NCBI GenBank assembly: GCA_040879435.1
Contig: JBBDKG010000012.1
Location: 2,755 to 66,754 of the forward strand
Direction of reading: 5' to 3'
From: Minisyncoccota bacterium
Lineage (GTDB): Bacteria > Patescibacteriota > Minisyncoccia > Phycocordibacterales > UBA918
Length of the DNA: 64,000 nucleotides
The notes under the pieces were generated by a model, which did not search any database, had not been told where the DNA came from, and saw nothing but the letters and a program-made list of their open reading frames with translations. Each line of letters begins with the position of its first letter. The first letter of the stretch is position 1. Positions 8,863-18,098 of the stretch are shown in pieces. The translations under genes and the position numbers were made by a program.

Positions 8863-9183
8863 ATGTCCTTAACTGAGAACGGCCATTACCAGCCGCTACC
8901 CAACTGCCTCACAATCCGGCAATCACCGATCGCCGGACTGGGACTCTTTGCTCTTGAACGAATTCCTGCACATAAGATCCTCGGCGTGACACACGTGTGG
9001 GTCAACGAATGCGGCGGATACTGGACACGGACACCAATCGGCGGGTTCTACAACCACAACGCCGAGGACCCGAACTGTGCAAGCGTCGAACGAATTGGAA
9101 AGAAGTTCCTGTACACGCTCCGTGAGATCCAGCCGGACGAGGAACTAACATCCCGATACACCCTCTACAATCCGACGCAATAA
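8863..9183 (+). CDS. SET-domain protein (putative lysine methyltransferase, 106 aa)
   Basis: SD GAGGAGG sits 5 nt upstream of the ATG at 8863; the track's upstream extension is unlikely. SET signatures SPIAGLGLFA (GxG), GGFYNHNAEDPNCA (NHSxxPN-like) and a C-terminal ELTSRY. Confidence 0.6.
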   Translation: MSLTENGHYQPLPNCLTIRQSPIAGLGLFALERIPAHKILGVTHVWVNECGGYWTRTPIGGFYNHNAEDPNCASVERIGKKFLYTLREIQPDEELTSRYTLYNPTQ

Positions 9184-9190
9184 ACAATAC

Positions 9191-9224
9191 GACCGGCATG
9201 CGCTGCATGCCGGTCGGTTTTTTG
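9191..9224. terminator. bidirectional intrinsic terminator between the SET gene and the dehydrogenase gene
   Basis: 11-bp stem gaccggcatgc/gcatgccggtc, loop gct, then ggtttttt. The minus strand reads attgtttatt after the hairpin. Confidence 0.75.
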
Positions 9225-9243
9225 TACGGTACAGAGGTGAGGA

Positions 9244-10356
9244 TCAGAACTGTTGCGGATCTATCCGAATAATGCGGTCGTCCGCCCGAACAGGAGAACC
9301 GCGCCCGTCACGGTTGCTGGTGGTGAGGTAGAAAAATCCATCTGGTCCCAAGACAACACTTCGAATGCGTCCATACTCCCCTTCAAGATGTGTCCGAACT
9401 TCATTCACCTCACCATTTGCAAGGACTGCCTCATAGAGTGCTTCGCCACGGAGACCGCCAAAGAAAATACGACCTTCGTAAAAGAGTGCACTTGCAGGTG
9501 CCCATGTGGTGTCTGCTGTTGAGTGCCACAGCGGCGCAATCGTTCCAGCCGCAACCGTATCACCTTCACTTTCCGGCCAGCCGTAGTTGCCACCCGGCTG
9601 AATGAGATTTATCTCATCGTATCCTGACCGGAGACCCGAACGTCCGTGTTCTGTACTCCAGAGATTTCCTGCACCATCCCACGTCAGTCCTTGCGGGTTA
9701 CGATGTCCGTATGAGTAGACAGCGTTCCCGAACGGATTGTCTTCCGGCACTTCGCCGTCAGGCGTTATTCGCAGGATCGAACCGTGAAGTCGCTGCGGAT
9801 CCTGGGCAGCATCCTCGTTCTGTGCGTCACCCACGGTAGCGTAGAGCATACCGTCCGGACCAAACGCGATCCGGCCGCCATCGTGATACTGCGCGCCAGG
9901 GATCTGGTCGAAGATCACGCGGTCAAATGTGAGTTCGTACTCTGCATACACATACCGGACGATACGATTTTTTAGACCGCTGTCTGTTCGCGTCGTCTGG
10001 TAGAGGTACACAAATCCGTTGTCTGCAAAGTCAGGATGAAGCGCGATACCAAGTAGTCCACCTTCACCCACGTGTTCAACACCTTCAATTGGAAATGTCT
10101 GCCCACTTTCAATGTGAATAACGTCTCCGGCACGCTCAGTGACCAGCATGCTGCCGTCTGGCAAGAACGCAAGATCCCACGGGATCGAAAGACCTTCAGC
10201 GATCACCTCCGTCGGCGTGATCTCCACAATGGTTCGTTCAGGTTCCGCGGTGTCCGGTGAGAGATCGTTCACGACGGTCCAGCCATAGAGACTCACGAGC
10301 GCCACAACGAGCACAAAGACAACGGCAAGGGTGACAAATACGCGTGTTGCGGTCAT
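9244..10356 (-). CDS. PQQ-dependent sugar dehydrogenase / soluble glucose (sorbosone) dehydrogenase-like beta-propeller protein
   Basis: N-terminal TM segment. Segments typical of GSDH-family proteins: LGIALHPDF, GPDGMLY, YSYGHRNPQG, GGNYGWP. Confidence 0.65.
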   Translation of the reverse strand: MTATRVFVTLAVVFVLVVALVSLYGWTVVNDLSPDTAEPERTIVEITPTEVIAEGLSIPWDLAFLPDGSMLVTERAGDVIHIESGQTFPIEGVEHVGEGGLLGIALHPDFADNGFVYLYQTTRTDSGLKNRIVRYVYAEYELTFDRVIFDQIPGAQYHDGGRIAFGPDGMLYATVGDAQNEDAAQDPQRLHGSILRITPDGEVPEDNPFGNAVYSYGHRNPQGLTWDGAGNLWSTEHGRSGLRSGYDEINLIQPGGNYGWPESEGDTVAAGTIAPLWHSTADTTWAPASALFYEGRIFFGGLRGEALYEAVLANGEVNEVRTHLEGEYGRIRSVVLGPDGFFYLTTSNRDGRGSPVRADDRIIRIDPQQF

Positions 10357-10412
10357 AGATACAGGTTACTCTACCACGTGAATCTGTATGATTCATGAAT
10401 TCGGTCGGGGTG

Positions 10413-10450
10413 TATAAAAAATGGGTAGCGCCATCGAAACAGCGCTACCC
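10413..10450 (-). terminator. intrinsic terminator downstream of the GH18 gene
   Basis: Stem gggtagcgc/gcgctaccc with loop catcgaaaca. The minus strand continues attttttata. Confidence 0.65.
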
Positions 10451-10590
10451 GAGGTGACCCTAAGGTCACAAGAGCCCAGCAATCAAACCAGACAAGATCC
10501 AAACCACGAAATGAGGTACGGGAAAGGAATACCGCACCACGTCCATTATAGCGTGTTCGTCCGGCGAAGCAAGAACGTTATCCTACCCTA

Positions 10591-11829
10591 CTAGATCAAA
10601 TCCCAAATACCACTGTCCTCCTCCCCATCGATCTTAAAGAGCGCAACACCACGAAGCGCATACTTCTTCGCAAGATCGATCTTGTCCTCGATTGCTTTCG
10701 CATCCGAGTACCACACCACGTTCACTGGCACGGTCATACCGGTGTAGTTGGCGAAGAGCAGTGCCTTCGCTGCGGCCTCATTCCCTTTCGCAGTTCCTTC
10801 CGGGGTCGGGAGCGATTCGAGTACCTTGAAGATTGAGCTTTCCGGGAAGTATGAAAAGCTCAACTCCCCTGCCTTGTTGCGGCCCGGTTCTTTGTCATAG
10901 TCCTCTGCAATCGCTTCGGCGTCCGGCATGTTCACTGCGCTTACGCCCGTATACTCCTTGTACCAGTTCGGTGCGACCTGTACTGTCCAGTTGCGGCCAT
11001 AGGTTGGTACGCCAAGCACAAGCTTGTTTGCCGGAATATCTTCGAGTGCCAGCTCCACAACCTTTTCGACCCAGTCCACATCAGCGACCGGGATGTATGG
11101 CTGTCCGGACTTCGCATCATTCAAGCGCCAGTCGATGCGTTGCTGGTCATACGCCATGATTTCCACACGATCACAGTGTTCCGCCATCGCTTCGTAGTCG
11201 TTCGCATACTCAAGGGTGCGTGGTACCTCGCGATATCGTGACGCCGGTGGGGTTCGCGGCTCGATGGTACAGGTCAAAAGCTTTCCATCCAGTTCATCCT
11301 TCAATTCTTCAAGGAATTCGGAGTAGTGGTGGATGGTCGCTGCAAGCTTTGATTCGTAGTCGATATTGACTCCGTCAAAATCACCATCCTCCACCATCTC
11401 TACGATCTCATCGATGTGATCCTCGCGGAGATCATCATCACTTAGAATACGATGGATGTTTGCTCCATCGAACCACGCAATGGTCGGAATGACCTCAACG
11501 CCCCGATCGTCAGCCTCGTCAAAGAGATCCTCCCAGTGGTCTTCATCAAGATCGCTCTTCAATACAAGCGAACCATCGGTCGCCACCTCATACACGAACG
11601 GGTAGACAGTATCAAGTTTTCGTATCATATCCTCTGCACGCTCAGCGCCATCTTCCGACTGCCACCACGGAACCCACCCCGAATACTCGAGATTGTGTCG
11701 TGCTGCTTCAGCGGCTGAGGGCATACCGAGTATCGCTACAAGAAAAAGAAACGCAAGAGCCACACGAAGGCTCTGTGTTGCATTCGGCAGGGGTACTGTT
11801 GTTGTATTCATCATCATATGAGACGCCAT
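10591..11829 (-). CDS. secreted glycoside hydrolase family 18 (chitinase/YaaH-like peptidoglycan hydrolase-like)
   Basis: GH18 active-site signature FDGVNIDYE, which fits [LIVMFY]-[DN]-G-[LIVMF]-[DN]-[LIVMF]-[DN]-x-E. Also MAYD, LGVPTYGR and RGVALFKIDGEED. N-terminal signal/TM. Confidence 0.75.
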   Translation of the reverse strand: MASHMMMNTTTVPLPNATQSLRVALAFLFLVAILGMPSAAEAARHNLEYSGWVPWWQSEDGAERAEDMIRKLDTVYPFVYEVATDGSLVLKSDLDEDHWEDLFDEADDRGVEVIPTIAWFDGANIHRILSDDDLREDHIDEIVEMVEDGDFDGVNIDYESKLAATIHHYSEFLEELKDELDGKLLTCTIEPRTPPASRYREVPRTLEYANDYEAMAEHCDRVEIMAYDQQRIDWRLNDAKSGQPYIPVADVDWVEKVVELALEDIPANKLVLGVPTYGRNWTVQVAPNWYKEYTGVSAVNMPDAEAIAEDYDKEPGRNKAGELSFSYFPESSIFKVLESLPTPEGTAKGNEAAAKALLFANYTGMTVPVNVVWYSDAKAIEDKIDLAKKYALRGVALFKIDGEEDSGIWDLI

Positions 11830-11957
11830 CTACCGTATTTTCTTACATCCCAACATAGCATATCTATCGTATACTACAGCAATGAAAATCATCATTCTTG
11901 CCATCCTTGCATTCATTCTGCTTGCAGGATTTCATGCGTTCATCACGAACTACTGAT

Positions 11958-12773
11958 ATGCCACGTTACGCTGTGATTGATAAGACGGTTGGCGAAACGC
12001 CGCTCCACGCTCTGGAACGCTACCGCCAAACCAGCGAAGCGCTTGCTGCTGTCCCGCTGGCATACGCTGGCCGGCTTGACCCTATGGCAAGCGGGAAACT
12101 ATTGATCCTCATCGGCGACGAATGCAAACGACAGAAGGAATATCATGGACTGGACAAGGAGTACCGGTTCGAGGTGCTGTTCGGTGTCGGCAGCGACACC
12201 GGCGATGTATTAGGGAGACTAACATACCGGTCCAACCCGCCGGAGATTGACGTTGCTGACATAGAGCGAGTCACCCGATCCCTCTCCGGTACAACACCCT
12301 CCCTCCCCTATCCGAAATTCTCGGCAAAGACCGTGCGTGGCAAACCGCTCCACATGTGGACGCTTGAAGGACGTCTCGATGAGATCGAGATACCGACCGC
12401 CACGACCACTCTTTATAAACTCACATGCACAGGTGTTCGTTCAGTTCCCGCCACCACTATCGCTGAAGAGGTACGCGCAAAGATAGACACGTTGCCGGTG
12501 GTTACCGACCCACGAAAGGCGCTCGGGGAGGATTTTCGTCGAGAGAAGGTGCTCGCAGACTGGCAGCGGTTCGAGGAAGAAGCCGGTGAACATGAGTATC
12601 AGGTAGCCTCATATACATGTATCGCAAGCAGCGGCACATACATGCGCTCACTTGCCGAGCACATCGGCGATCGGTTCGGCGTACCGGCGCTTGCCTATTC
12701 GATCCATCGGACGAAGATCGGGCGCTATATACCGCTCCTGTCGGGCTTTGGCTTCTGGAGGAGGCTATACTAA
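11958..12773 (+). CDS. truB: tRNA pseudouridine synthase, TruB family
   Basis: AGRLDPMASGKLLILIGDECK matches TruB [20 protein letters not shown] (catalytic Asp). LDKEYRFEVLFGVGSDTGDVLG matches [22 protein letters not shown]. Start placed at the ATG at 11958 (MPRYAVID). Confidence 0.7.
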   Translation: MPRYAVIDKTVGETPLHALERYRQTSEALAAVPLAYAGRLDPMASGKLLILIGDECKRQKEYHGLDKEYRFEVLFGVGSDTGDVLGRLTYRSNPPEIDVADIERVTRSLSGTTPSLPYPKFSAKTVRGKPLHMWTLEGRLDEIEIPTATTTLYKLTCTGVRSVPATTIAEEVRAKIDTLPVVTDPRKALGEDFRREKVLADWQRFEEEAGEHEYQVASYTCIASSGTYMRSLAEHIGDRFGVPALAYSIHRTKIGRYIPLLSGFGFWRRLY

Positions 12774-12815
12774 GCCGTTGACCAGAGGGCCGATTTCTGG
12801 TACTCTCTCGGCACT

Positions 12816-12995
12816 ATGTCACAGGATAAAATTGTGCGTTTGGTAAGCAAAGGGGACGAGACCGGCAAAGGCAAGGGCGACGTGTACTATACCCGGTACA
12901 ACAACAAGGTGAAGAAAGACCCGAGCGCCAAACTCTCTCTCAAGAAATACAACAAGAAGCTCCGCAAGCACGTTACGTACACGCAGAAGAAATAA
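12816..12995 (+). CDS. rpmG: 50S ribosomal protein bL33 (59 aa); absent from the ORF track
   Basis: Translation MSQDKIVRLVSKGDETGKGKGDVYYTRYNNKVKKDPSAKLSLKKYNKKLRKHVTYTQKK aligns with E. coli L33: [46 protein letters not shown]. Followed by a strong terminator. Confidence 0.85.
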   Translation: MSQDKIVRLVSKGDETGKGKGDVYYTRYNNKVKKDPSAKLSLKKYNKKLRKHVTYTQKK

Positions 12996-13000
12996 CAAAA

Positions 13001-13035
13001 AGACCACCGGCTCATGAGCCGGTGGTCTTTTTGTT
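13001..13035 (+). terminator. intrinsic terminator after rpmG
   Basis: 12-bp stem agaccaccggct/agccggtggtct, loop catg, then ttttgtt. Confidence 0.8.
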
Positions 13036-13098
13036 ATAGCTTGACACTTCCCTGTTCCTGCAACACTATACGAACAGACCAAACGGAGGGATATCTCC

Positions 13099-13383
13099 AT
13101 GATCTACTTTGCAGTGATCGCGGGATCGTTCAGTTGTGCGTTATGGCAACTGCTGCTAGTGGTCCATCACTGGCAAAACACCAGCATCATCGAATGGCAC
13201 TATGCACTCGCAACAGCGTTCTGGCTGTTACAAGCAAGTGTCATTGTTTCATTTGAGCACGACATAATCGTCGAACGATCGGTGGCGTTTACATTCGTTT
13301 GTGCCCTCGGCCTTGCTGGCTTCTGGTTTCCGCTACGATGGGTGCCGAAATTCATGCAGAGACTAGCGGTGTCGGTGAAGTAG
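13099..13383 (+). CDS. small membrane protein (94 aa)
   Basis: SD GGAGGG 8 nt upstream. About 3 hydrophobic helices. Confidence 0.5.
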   Translation: MIYFAVIAGSFSCALWQLLLVVHHWQNTSIIEWHYALATAFWLLQASVIVSFEHDIIVERSVAFTFVCALGLAGFWFPLRWVPKFMQRLAVSVK

Positions 13384-13416
13384 ACGACACCGTCATATCT
13401 TAACGGAGGAACTCCC

Positions 13417-13665
13417 ATGTTCACTTTCACCATAATCGAAGTCGCGGCTGGTCTGATCGCTCTGACCATGATCGCCGTATGTTTGTACGCGCGGATATGG
13501 CAGGGAGTTGTCATCGGTGCTCTGATACTGCTCGCCGACATCACTTCCTACCTCTCGAGTTACGGACTGATGCCGGAATTCGTCCATACCATCGCTATCC
13601 TTCTTCTACTGGTAGTCGGCGTACTGCTTATGCTACAGAGCTTGCGACAGCTCAGACGGACGTGA
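13417..13665 (+). CDS. small membrane protein (82 aa)
   Basis: SD GGAGG upstream, 3 TM segments, followed by a terminator. Confidence 0.5.
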   Translation: MFTFTIIEVAAGLIALTMIAVCLYARIWQGVVIGALILLADITSYLSSYGLMPEFVHTIAILLLLVVGVLLMLQSLRQLRRT

Positions 13666-13678
13666 AAAACGTCCCTTG

Positions 13679-13711
13679 AGCGCCCGGACCAACCCGGGCG
13701 CTTTTCTTTAT
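13679..13711 (+). terminator. intrinsic terminator between convergent genes
   Basis: Stem agcgcccgg/ccgggcgct with loop accaac, then tttcttta. Confidence 0.6.
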
Positions 13712-14733
13712 CCATTCTCCAATGACGGATCGTACTCCCCTTTCTCGGCGAGTGAGTTCATCTTGAGCCGGTGAAGCATTGCCTGCTGCGCGTTCTCAAT
13801 ATTTTCCTCCTTGCCGCCCCATGCCTCAAGTATCGGTTCTTCAATGGCCCGTGAGAAGGAGAAGGTTGTCGGGAATGGGAGTGTTGGTTCAAGGTTCGAG
13901 ATAGCGTTCAGATTCTCTGTCGCCCGCTGCCATGTCTGCCCGCCCGAGAGAAATACCACACCACCAACTTCTTTCGGCACTGCCGAACCAAGTACCCGCA
14001 CGGTCGCTGCAGCTACCTCTTCAGGCGATGATTCCTTCTCATGCTCGCTTCCAGCAAGCACCATGCTTGTCTTTAGGATCATGCCGGTGATGTCCGTCTT
14101 GTACCATGCGAGGATCTCGAACATTTTTGTGAGTACATACGTCGTCACCTCCTCAGCTTTCTGAAGAGAGTGCGCTCCTTTGAATAGCACCTCCGGCTCT
14201 ACCATCGGTACGATGTTCGCCTTCTGGCAGAGTGCGGCATAGCGCGCGAGTGCGAAGCTGTTTGCTAGGATGGTCTGCTCGGTCGGTGTGTTCTCGGAGA
14301 TAGAAAAAACCGCCCGCCATTTTGCGGCGCGCGCGCCGAGCTCGTAGTATTCCTCAAGGCGCTCAAATAATCCGTCGAGTCCTTCGGTGATCACCTCACC
14401 CGGAAATCCAGTGTGTTCGGTCGTACTCTTGTCCACTTTGATGATCGGTATGATGCCTTTAGCGATGAGTACATCGACAAATGGTGTACCGTCGTCCGTC
14501 TTGTTGCGGATGGACGAGTCATACATGATCGTACCGGTGAGGTACTCTTCAATGTTCGGAGCGGTGAACAAAAGCTGACGATACTTTCGTCGCATCTCCG
14601 GCTCCTCCGGTACGCCGATGGAACGAAGACGCTTGTTCATGGTCTTCGTGCTCTCGTCGGCCGCAAGTATGCCTTTTCCTTCTTTAAAGAACGAACGCGC
14701 GCACGCGTGTAGTGATGTGGAACTCATAGACAT
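13708..14733 (-). CDS. fructose-bisphosphate aldolase, class I
   Basis: Class I FBA signatures GKGILAADES, IVPMVEPEVL, VVFLSGGQ. Confidence 0.8.
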   Translation of the reverse strand: MSMSSTSLHACARSFFKEGKGILAADESTKTMNKRLRSIGVPEEPEMRRKYRQLLFTAPNIEEYLTGTIMYDSSIRNKTDDGTPFVDVLIAKGIIPIIKVDKSTTEHTGFPGEVITEGLDGLFERLEEYYELGARAAKWRAVFSISENTPTEQTILANSFALARYAALCQKANIVPMVEPEVLFKGAHSLQKAEEVTTYVLTKMFEILAWYKTDITGMILKTSMVLAGSEHEKESSPEEVAAATVRVLGSAVPKEVGGVVFLSGGQTWQRATENLNAISNLEPTLPFPTTFSFSRAIEEPILEAWGGKEENIENAQQAMLHRLKMNSLAEKGEYDPSLENG

Positions 14734-14784
14734 CAGTGTAGCAAACGGATGTTCATCCGTGTACGTACTGCGGTGTGCAAAATG

Positions 14785-15552
14785 TTAGCTGCGAATCTTC
14801 CACCCGATGCGGAAGAGATACGTCACGAGACATCCAAGTGCTGCAACAAGTCCAAAGATCACGACCGCACCGACTGCACTGTTCGCTTCGCTGTACCCGA
14901 TCATGCTCGAACGGACCGCGTCGGCAAAGTAGAAGAAGGGATTAAATTGTGTGAGGGTCGCCGCAAATGACGGAAGGAATGTGATGGAGTAGAAGATACC
15001 ACCGAGGTACGTGAGCGGGGTGATCACGAAGGTATTCAAGACCTGCAGCTGCTCGAATCCTTCCGCCCAGAGCGCGACCAGAATACCGAGCATGGCGAAG
15101 ATAGCAGCAATCGCTGCGACGTATATCACGAACATAAGCGGGTTCACGAGTGTTACCGCACCGAAAAGAAGCCCCACAAGCAGAATGAGGCCTGCAACCA
15201 GAAGCGCACGGACGATCGCGCTCCCCACAAGCCCAACCAGCATCTCAAGATACGAGAACGGTGCGATGAGAATCTCCTCGATGCCGCGGGTGAAGCGCAT
15301 GAAATACAGTGCAGAAGATGCACTCGCAAAGGATGCGTTGATGATCGAGAGCATCAAGACTCCCGGAAACACGAACGAGATGTATGGGACGCCGGCGAAG
15401 TCGTCGATACGCGTACCGATCACCGTGCCGAAGATAAAGATATACAGCGCTGCTGAGATAGCAGGCGCTATGAGAGTCTGCGTGATCACGCGGAAGGTAC
15501 GCACCACTTCACGACGCAGGATGGTATACAGTCCGATCCAGTTTATGCTCAT
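14785..15552 (-). CDS. ABC-2 type transporter permease
   Basis: Six-TM ABC-2 permease pattern. It overlaps the upstream ATPase gene by 4 nt. Confidence 0.75.
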   Translation of the reverse strand: MSINWIGLYTILRREVVRTFRVITQTLIAPAISAALYIFIFGTVIGTRIDDFAGVPYISFVFPGVLMLSIINASFASASSALYFMRFTRGIEEILIAPFSYLEMLVGLVGSAIVRALLVAGLILLVGLLFGAVTLVNPLMFVIYVAAIAAIFAMLGILVALWAEGFEQLQVLNTFVITPLTYLGGIFYSITFLPSFAATLTQFNPFFYFADAVRSSMIGYSEANSAVGAVVIFGLVAALGCLVTYLFRIGWKIRS

Positions 15553-16319
15553 ACGGTTGTTTCCTTTGTTTCGCGGGTAATCTCCAGGTAGGTTTCTTCC
15601 ACACTCTTCCCGTCCTGCATGAATTCCTCCTTGGTTCCCTCCTTCACGATCCTGCCGTTATGGATGATGGCGATCTCGTCACAGAGGTACTGGATCTCTT
15701 CAAGGTAGTGCGAGGTGAGAATGATCGTCTTCCCTCTGCTGTTCATTTCTTTGAGGTACTCCCACAGATCGTGCCGTTGCTTCACATCCACCCCTGCGGT
15801 CGGTTCGTCGAGGATCAAAAGATCCGGCGAGTGCACGAGCGCGCGACCGAGCACCGCACGACGCTTCAGTCCGCCGGAGAGTTTCTGAAACTTCATCTTT
15901 CGGTGTTCTTCCAGGTCAAAACGCGCAATGAGTTCGTCGACCCGTTCTTTCCGTTCTTTCTTTGGAATGCCGTAATATCCTCCCATGTAGTCCATGAGCT
16001 GTTCGGGTGTCGCGAAGAAATCGAGATTGAACTCCTGCGGTGAGAGACCGACCTTCGTCCGCGCTTGCTTATAGTCCTTCACTACATCAAGTCCATCGAT
16101 GGTGATGGTGCCGGAGGTCGGCTGTGCAATACCGGTGACGCAGTGGATCGTTGTTGATTTCCCGGCACCGTTTGGACCAAGAAGTCCGAAGAAGCTCCCA
16201 CGTTTGATGGTGAGTGAGATGCCGTCTACTGCCGTCTTCTTGTCATACCTCTTGACCAGATTGTCGATCACCAGAATGTTTTCAGACTTCTCGTGTGCCA
16301 TATGACCAACATTGTACAT
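15549..16319 (-). CDS. ABC transporter ATP-binding protein
   Basis: Walker A GLLGPNGAGKST, signature LSGGLKRR, Walker B LLILDEPTAGVD. Confidence 0.9.
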   Translation of the reverse strand: MYNVGHMAHEKSENILVIDNLVKRYDKKTAVDGISLTIKRGSFFGLLGPNGAGKSTTIHCVTGIAQPTSGTITIDGLDVVKDYKQARTKVGLSPQEFNLDFFATPEQLMDYMGGYYGIPKKERKERVDELIARFDLEEHRKMKFQKLSGGLKRRAVLGRALVHSPDLLILDEPTAGVDVKQRHDLWEYLKEMNSRGKTIILTSHYLEEIQYLCDEIAIIHNGRIVKEGTKEEFMQDGKSVEETYLEITRETKETTV

Positions 16320-16384
16320 ACAAAAATGAAAAATTCATATGAAAAACGCCGCGGCATGTTGCCGCGACGCTATCCTGACTTCCG

Positions 16385-16831
16385 TTAACCCGGCTGATGC
16401 GACTGACGCACCCACGTCAACAGTTCGTCGAACGTCTGATGGAGCTTCCGTCCGTCGGCCAATACCTTGTAGTCCCACTTTGCGCGCATGGAATCAATGA
16501 CAAGATTAGGATACTTGTCGACCGGTATATGGCCATCAACCTCCACCCGCCGGAACGTGGCGAACGCATAGAGCAGACCGCCGGCGATTGGGTCCTGCAG
16601 TTCTTTGAACGGTGTCCAGATCACTTCCGCTGTGCCGTACCATTTCGGGCTATTATGGAACTTCAGGAAAAGCGTGAGTGACCCACCTAGCCATACGCTC
16701 GGTTTCTGGACGAGCGGCACACATGCGAGCGCAGTGAGTGCTTTCTCACCGAGCGGATCACGACCCATGGCAAGCTCACTCTGATTCCTATATTGCTCGT
16801 TCGGAACAAGCATTAAATACACATTTTCCAC
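16385..16831 (-). CDS. hypothetical protein (about 148 aa)
   Basis: ORF of unknown function. Start placed at a GTG 6 nt after GGGAGG, because the longer track ORF would overlap prmC. Confidence 0.4.
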   Translation of the reverse strand: MENVYLMLVPNEQYRNQSELAMGRDPLGEKALTALACVPLVQKPSVWLGGSLTLFLKFHNSPKWYGTAEVIWTPFKELQDPIAGGLLYAFATFRRVEVDGHIPVDKYPNLVIDSMRAKWDYKVLADGRKLHQTFDELLTWVRQSHQPG

Positions 16832-16897
16832 TGTATCGCCTCCCGGTTGGTTATTTGACGAGAATGAACTTTCGCCGCATAGTACCACACCACCCCT

Positions 16898-17632
16898 ATG
16901 AATCAAGATATACAGCGACTACTGGCAGAAAAATACAAAGACGTCGAGAGCGACGCGTTCTTTGCTGATGCAAAGCGTCTCGTCGCTGGCGAACCGCTCG
17001 CGTACGTCATCGGCCATGTGCCGTTCCTCGGTACGACCATTCACCTTGATTCAAGACCGCTCATTCCCCGCCCTGAGACTGAATATTGGACCGAGCAGGC
17101 TATCGCCGTTATTAACGCCTCGGGTATTGCCGAGCCGCACATTCTTGATCTGTGTGCCGGGAGTGGCGCCATCGGGATCGCGGTCGCCAAAGCAGTTCCG
17201 ACCGCGTATGTGACATTTGCTGAAATTGACGCAACTCACCTCCCGACCATCGCGAAGAATCTTGAAGCGAATGACATCCCCTGTACGCGCTACCAGGTCT
17301 TCCAGTCTGACCTGTTTGAAAACATCACCGGTACATTCGACCTTGTGTTATCGAACCCACCGTACATTGATCCGGCCGTGGATCGTGCGCAGCTGAGTGT
17401 GAAGGAACATGAACCACACCGTGCACTCTACGGCGGCATAGACGGTCTGGAACTCATTGCACGTATCATTGCTGCCGCGCCCCACTATTTAAATGAAAAT
17501 GGACAACTTTGGCTCGAACATGAACCGGAGCAGGTGGAACAAATTCAAGAGTTGGCTTCTCTGCACAACTTCGGCGTTACAACACTAAAGGACCAGTATG
17601 GTGTGGAGCGATTTTCGGTATTGAAGGTTTAG
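16898..17632 (+). CDS. prmC: release factor glutamine N5-methyltransferase PrmC/HemK
   Basis: LIPRPETE and the NPPY motif (LSNPPYI), plus an SAM-binding GxGxG-like segment LDLCAGSGAIG. Confidence 0.8.
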   Translation: MNQDIQRLLAEKYKDVESDAFFADAKRLVAGEPLAYVIGHVPFLGTTIHLDSRPLIPRPETEYWTEQAIAVINASGIAEPHILDLCAGSGAIGIAVAKAVPTAYVTFAEIDATHLPTIAKNLEANDIPCTRYQVFQSDLFENITGTFDLVLSNPPYIDPAVDRAQLSVKEHEPHRALYGGIDGLELIARIIAAAPHYLNENGQLWLEHEPEQVEQIQELASLHNFGVTTLKDQYGVERFSVLKV

Positions 17633-17642
17633 TGACGGAGTC

Positions 17643-17670
17643 TTGACACCCACAGAATACAATGTACTTT
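17643..17670 (+). promoter_or_regulatory. possible sigma70 promoter TTGACA-16-TACTTT
   Basis: -35 at 17643-17648 and a weak -10 at 17665-17670. The SD GAGGGAG and the ATG at 17697 lie downstream. Confidence 0.3.
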
Positions 17671-17696
17671 GTGGTGAAAAGAGAGGGAGTTCTTTC

Positions 17697-18026
17697 ATGT
17701 CCAAACAGGTCCACGCGCATGCTCATCAGTGTCGCATTTGCGGCTCCACTGGTACGAACCACGATCCGGGTACCCATGTACTACAGATAGCCAGCGCCCC
17801 TGGCGATCGTCTGGCTTTCATCGTCGAAATACATGGCCAGCCTCACAACACTGGTTCGGTCGCACGCACGCTCGCGCGTGCGAGAGGTGAGCTCTACAAC
17901 TACTTCCCAGACAAATCCTTCTCTCCTTTCATTCCCCAGCGCATGGTCCAGCGAGAAGAAAAAGGAGACGACGAGATACTTCGAGGAGAGGTGCTTGTCA
18001 CTTGTTATATTGTCACAGAAGAATGA
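17697..18026 (+). CDS. hypothetical protein (109 aa)
   Basis: SD GAGGGAG upstream of the ATG at 17697. Contains HQCRICG but no clear family. A terminator follows. Confidence 0.45.
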   Translation: MSKQVHAHAHQCRICGSTGTNHDPGTHVLQIASAPGDRLAFIVEIHGQPHNTGSVARTLARARGELYNYFPDKSFSPFIPQRMVQREEKGDDEILRGEVLVTCYIVTEE

Positions 18027-18046
18027 TTCTGATGTGGCGACGAAAC

Positions 18047-18082
18047 GGCCGCCCGACATTCGGGCGGTCTTTCTTTCTGTTC
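18047..18082 (+). terminator. intrinsic terminator
   Basis: Stem ccgcccg/cgggcgg with loop acatt, then tctttctttctgttc. Confidence 0.5.
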
Positions 18083-18098
18083 TAGCGACGGCGGAGAA

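Noticed and set aside
10357-10590. tRNA gene in the 234-nt gap between the dehydrogenase and GH18 genes
   Set aside because: No GGTTCGA-type T-arm or acceptor-stem pairing found. The region is explained by a terminator hairpin and a short palindrome (gtgaccctaaggtcac).
11882-11956. 24-codon hydrophobic mini-ORF (MKIIILAILAFILLAGFHAFITNY) ending 1 nt before the truB start
   Set aside because: Too short to distinguish from chance and has no SD. Recorded because its stop (TGA) is directly next to the truB ATG, which would fit translational coupling.
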